DNA of 63,083 bases, filler included, from Licmophora abbreviata (taxonomy: Eukaryota), in assembly GCA_900291995.1 (NCBI GenBank). It is 9 parts of 9 records of this genome, joined end to end, with 100 filler letters (N's around TTAATTAATTAA, not from the genome) between each part and the next. Parts side by side here need not be neighbours in the genome. Positions count along the whole stretch, not along the records: positions 47,429 to 61,877 come from OLMU01000673.1; positions 61,978 to 63,083 come from OLMU01000677.1; 7 more parts are not named here. One strand, written 5' to 3'. The notes under the pieces were generated by a model. That model worked only from the letters and a program-made list of their open reading frames with translations, did not search any database and was not told the DNA's origin. Within the stretch, counting starts at the first letter, position 1; the number at the start of each line of letters is the position of its first letter. This document shows positions 58,560 to 63,083 of the stretch, one piece after another. The position numbers and the translations under genes are program-made.

Positions 58560-60381
58560 TCAATCGACAGTCAATACCGACGCCATGCGACCCAGTGACG
58601 GCACTCCGTTCACATTGATAACATTCAACATCCATAGGCCAGGCACCATGATTGTCGGCCCAGGAGTAAAGACTCTGATGCGAGTTCCCAATCGACCAAT
58701 AACTTCGTACTCCAGATCCAGCCACCGCGCGTCACAGTTACGCGAATGAGTATTGTGACCGGGCTTGGTGGCAGTAACCTTCGTAATCAAAGACGAGTCA
58801 TCCACGGTGATCACGAAGGTGATACCGGCAGGAAACTTCTTGCGCCAACGGCTTATCACAGGTCGTGGTGCTGGCTCGCCTGTAGTAGGATCAAACAAGT
58901 ACCCTGGAGAGTACATCTGGCCGTCCAGATTGTTTACTGGACCCGGCTCTCCGCCGCCGCCGGAGAAGACCCTTCCGTCTGGCAGTATCATGGAACTGGA
59001 ATGGTAGAGACGTGCGTTGCTTTGCTCTTCACCATAACTCGTAAATACCAGGCCTGTTGTAGGATCCCATATCTGAATGTGCGAGACGGCGGCTTCGACT
59101 AGTCCGTTGAATGGTTCGGCGGCGCTACCACCACCACTGATTGCGACGCGTCCATCGGGAAGCGAAACCATCGCAGAATGGTAGCGGCTCACACCAAGGG
59201 ATGCGCTTTGGGTGAAGATCACATTCGTGCTATCAGAAATTTCCATAGTCCACAGAGTGCCAAAGTAATCCAATAGAAGCACCCGATCCACATCGTATTG
59301 AATGGACGGGAGTTGTTCCGAGGTTATCATCCCAGACGGTTTCGTCCCAATCTGCGTAATAGATCCATCACCGCTCACATCAATTTTATAAATTCCTAGA
59401 TCCCCACTGCTGGGAGTCATCAGAAGAATGTCACCGCTGGAGTTTATGAGCAGCAAAGAATACCACCACCACCTCTTCGCACGAGTGACGGGCATCTCGG
59501 CGCCTGGCAGAGCGCGAAACCCCGACACTGAGTCCCAGATCTCTGGGATGCTGCTCCCCCTGAAACCGCTGTCCGATTTTCCACCAACGACTAGGATACG
59601 TCCATCCGGCAAGTTGATACTCGTCGCGTACCATCGTGGGTACTTCATGTCCCCCAGCGGGTGCTTTCGCATTTTATAGTTTCTGACTTTGAATTCAACC
59701 ACGTCAGAGATACCGTAGGCACTAGTGCCTGTAGTGGCATTGATACCGGTATCCCCGCCCATAAGCACAATGTTTCCTGTTGACACGTCCACAGACGCAG
59801 TCGAGCAAAAGATTATGGTACTGGTGGAGTGTTTGAGCAGAATGTGATTATCTGCCATCTCCTCGTCTCCTGTCGTATCCCAAATTTCGTAACCGTTTCC
59901 AAATACATCCCTATTTTCATCCCCCCCCATGCACCAGCATTTTTCCATCGGGCAGCAACATGGAATGAATCGCGACGAGTTTCATGTCAAACAATTTCCC
60001 CCACGCACCCAGTGAGTCGTCGGGGACCGACGGCGTCACTGGTACACACACGCCACACGTGACGGGGCAGATGCCTGCTGCCCTCGCGTTATTCTTCTGG
60101 CAAGTCTGCGTGATCAGTAGTGAGGAGGAAAGCTCGGAGAGTCCTTCGCAGTTAACGCGTCCGTGTCCTCTAGCGAAAAATGACTTGCTCAAGTCGTCCA
60201 CACATGGCAGAAGTGATCTGCTAATAATGGTCTCTGGGGCGTCGTGTTCGGCGCTCAGGGAAGAACCAAGTTTGCCAGAGGCAAGGGCACGAGGCACACC
60301 GTTGGTGGCAAGGAGAGTTAGCACCGAGACGAGAGCTAGCGCCGCCGCCAGCAGTGCAAGACTTCCAGGGTGGCAGGTCAT
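58560..60381 (-). CDS. Secreted galactose/glyoxal oxidase-like copper-radical oxidase (AA5; kelch + C-terminal Ig-like domain), frameshifted at a G8 run (59921-59928)
   Basis: Signal peptide and Cys module, then GAWG..F...LVAIH..LLPDGK, IFCS, PRWYAT, RLYHSS..LPDGRV, THS, PG.WML. Removing one G joins ORFs 59917-60444 and 58560-59948. Confidence 0.85.
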
Positions 60382-60618
60382 CGTCGCATCTCGACGCCTC
60401 GTCTGCTGTGTCGTCGTCTTCGTCGACGAGACCTCTTTCGGCAAAAAAAATGGTTCTGCTCGACGAGCTCTTTTTCTACCGCGAGCTTTTTTGTCCGACT
60501 TCCGGAGCTTTCATTCGTCGCGAAAAAGATCGCGCGCTGCCATCCATCAGCACCATTGCATTCTTCTGTCAACGACGCGCATCATCCTCATCGCAATCCA
60601 TTCACGGCGTCGACAATA

Positions 60619-61866
60619 ATGAAGCAGTTTCGTGTGCTTCAAGGACTTTCGAGGGTTCCTCTGAGTCGTCAGACTTCGCGGAGTATGTCGGCGAGTGCCA
60701 ACGTGTGGATCAATAAGGATACCAAGGTCATTTGTCAGGGATTCACCGGCAAACAGGTGAGGCTAAACTTCCGCGATTTTTGTGTGTAGCATTCATACCA
60801 AGATCTACGTGAGATTGGATCTTTGGTATCCCAAAATTGGAAATTGAACTCACGCAGCGGTGTGGTGATAAACCATTACCTTGCTTGAATCGCACCTTTT
60901 CACTCCTACTTCTATCTCTCTGTATCATACAGGGCACATTCCACAGTACGCAGGCGATCGAGTATGGCACCAACATGGTCGGCGGCGTGACTCCCAAAAA
61001 GGGTGGCCAGGAACATCTCGGTCTCCCGGTGTTCAATACCGTCCAAGAAGCTGTCGACGCCGTACAGCCTGACGCCAGTGTCATTTATGTCCCTCCCCCC
61101 TTTTGCGCGCAGGCCATTCTGGATGCCGTGGAAGCCGAAATTCCATTGGTCGTGGCCATCACGGAGGGTGTCCCTCAACAAGACATGGCTCGCGTCAAGC
61201 ACGCCTTGCGCAATCAGACCAAGACGCGTCTACTTGGGCCCAACTGTCCGGGGATCATCAAGCCGGGTGAATGTAAGATTGGTATCATGCCGGGATATAT
61301 CCACTTGCCGGGTAAAATTGGTGTCGTCTCGAGGAGTGGGACGTTGACCTACGAAGCAGTCCATCAGACGACGGTGGCAGGGCTTGGTCAGTCGACGTGT
61401 GTTGGCATCGGAGGAGACCCTTTCAACGGAACGAACTTTATTGATTGCTTGGAACGTTTTACCAATGACCCTGAAACAGAGGGTATCATTATGATTGGAG
61501 AGATTGGCGGCTCGGCCGAAGAAGATGCGGCAGCGTGGCTTAAGGAGTACGGAGATCCCAACAAGCCTGTGGTTGGATTCATCGCTGGAACGACAGCGCC
61601 TCCGGGACGCCGTATGGGTGAGTCATCATGATGCGTGTTTGCTATATGAGGTGTTGTAGGCTGCTGATTGTTGACACTCATGGAATCGTTGTCAATGTTC
61701 TGCTCCAGGCCATGCGGGTGCCATTATTGCAGGCGGAAAGGGAGGAGCCGAGAGCAAGTTTCAAGCTTTGGAGGATGCCGGTGTTCACATTTCCAGGTCG
61801 CCAGCCAAGCTCGGGGCCACCATGCTCGAAGCCATGGGCCTACCGCCAGTGGAAGCGAGTGGATAA
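60619..61866 (+). CDS. SUCLG1: Succinyl-CoA ligase alpha subunit, mitochondrial; exons 60619-60756, 60933-61617, 61709-61866
   Basis: Basic/Ser presequence; [45 protein letters not shown] (phospho-His). Two GT-AG introns. Confidence 0.96.
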
Positions 61867-61877
61867 GCTCGGGTCAG

Positions 61878-61977
61878 NNNNNNNNNNNNNNNNNNNNNNN
61901 NNNNNNNNNNNNNNNNNNNNNTTAATTAATTAANNNNNNNNNNNNNNNNNNNNNNNNNNNNNNNNNNNNNNNNNNNN
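61878..61977. other. Assembly gap/linker
   Basis: N44-TTAATTAATTAA-N44. Confidence 0.97.
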
Positions 61978-63083
61978 CGGAGGAGGTATGGGCGCCTCGG
62001 GTGGGGGTGTTGGCGCCACGGGTGTGGGAGATGGTGTCGGGGCTTCTGTCTTGTCTTCGCATGCTCCCGGGCAGAAGCAGATGCGTGAGATGGCGGCCAA
62101 GCCTTGTATGCTAATGCGAGCACTTTTCACGCTCTTTGCAGTGCTGAATGATTGAACTTGCGCGGCATTGACTCCCAAACCGTTTGCAACAACAATTGAT
62201 GTACTCTCCATGGTAGTGATAAATATGTATGCTGCTTCTGTAGCATCGAGATCTAGCAGCTCAAGTCTTGTCAGCTTCTCTGCGGGGCACTCGAATGTGA
62301 ACTTCAGGCTATTTGATTGTTCACTTTCAGCAGGATCAGTGGGCAGTAAGACGTTTTCAAGTGGGTTGCAGTTAGCCCCCTCTGCTCCAGAAACACCGCC
62401 AGCGCCAACGCCGGGTCCGGGTGATGGGCACACTTGGTTCGGACTTCCTAGGTTAGGCACAGCTGTTGGGTCTTGGGAGCTATCATAAATGAATGCGTCA
62501 CCGCTGCCTGATGAGGAGGAGATTTCGAGTGAATATGCATCGAACCATTGGGAGCTGATAGCATCTCCGTTTTCTAATGGTGTGCCGTCCGGTAGTGTCT
62601 CGAACTCGATACAGACCTCTTCTGTTACGCACTGAACGGCAGTAGGGGCGGGTGTTGGGTCTGGAACTGGTGTTGGTTCTGGGACCGGTGTTTGCACAGG
62701 AACTGATGTTGGTTGCGATGGCGGGCCAGGGAAAATTGGCGTCGGTGGTGGCGTTGCTGGAGCAGGGGTTGGCGACGAGGCAGGAGCTTGAGATGGACCT
62801 GGTGGCGGACTTGTTGGAACTGGAGTTGGCGCCTTCGTTGGTGTTGTATTGGGAGGATTCGGCGAGGGAGTCGGGTCCGGGCGTGGATTAGATGTTGGAG
62901 CCGATGTCGGACTCTTGGTGGGGACTTCAGTGGGTGATTTTGTTGCTGGTACGGGGGTGGGGCCAGGTGTAAGTCTGGGTGTTGGCGCCTTTGTTGGGGC
63001 CGAAGGTGCTCTAGTGGGTGCCGGCGTCTCGGGCACTGGCGTTGGCTCAGGTGAGCCGCCGGGAGACGGGGCTTTCGTAGGCT
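61978..63083 (-). CDS. Partial Pro/Thr-rich (mucin-like) surface or secreted protein with a Cys-containing globular domain
   Basis: PTxAP/PTxSP repeats flank an approximately 180-aa domain (CIEFETLPDG..., LGSPNQVCP.PGPGVG.GG...NCNPLENVL..., ISRICFC). Both ends are missing (window edge and gap). Confidence 0.75.

Noticed and set aside
4000..61933. Eight identical TTAATTAATTAA palindromes as a biological repeat or insertion site
   Set aside because: Each is centred in exactly 44+44 Ns; this is a six-frame stop linker added during scaffolding.

Overview
Gene-dense eukaryotic nuclear DNA, most likely from a pennate diatom. This is inferred from short GT-AG introns, signal peptide + 'AF/GF' plastid-targeting leaders, a violaxanthin de-epoxidase-like gene and Pro/Thr-rich surface proteins. 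It is a draft scaffold with eight artificial 100-nt gaps (N44-TTAATTAATTAA-N44) and several single-base frameshifts at homopolymers. About 24 protein genes are present: BioF, an ARM-repeat CaaX protein, 3R-MYB, F-box/JmjC, a coiled-coil protein, RabGGTase alpha, glyoxalase I, a NAK kinase, VDL, a HUWE1/Tom1-type HECT ligase, an rRNA methyltransferase fusion, a formin, DPH4, an ABHD4/5 hydrolase, a UBL-WLM protease, TruA, an AA5 copper-radical oxidase, succinyl-CoA ligase alpha, a mucin-like protein and several hypothetical proteins. Notable signals not given by the ORF track: (1) an RNase MRP RNA gene at about 47026-47293 (-); (2) a predicted plastid protein fusing an apparently inactive RluA-type pseudouridine synthase to an RlmK-like methyltransferase; (3) a secreted, bacterial-like AA5 oxidase with a ShK-like Cys module; (4) an SH3b-like insert in the HECT ligase; (5) two paralogous candidate PP1-docking proteins; (6) a start codon split by an intron. 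No CRISPR array, tRNA, rRNA or autonomous transposon was recognised. All family assignments come from motif recognition by eye and have not been checked by database search.
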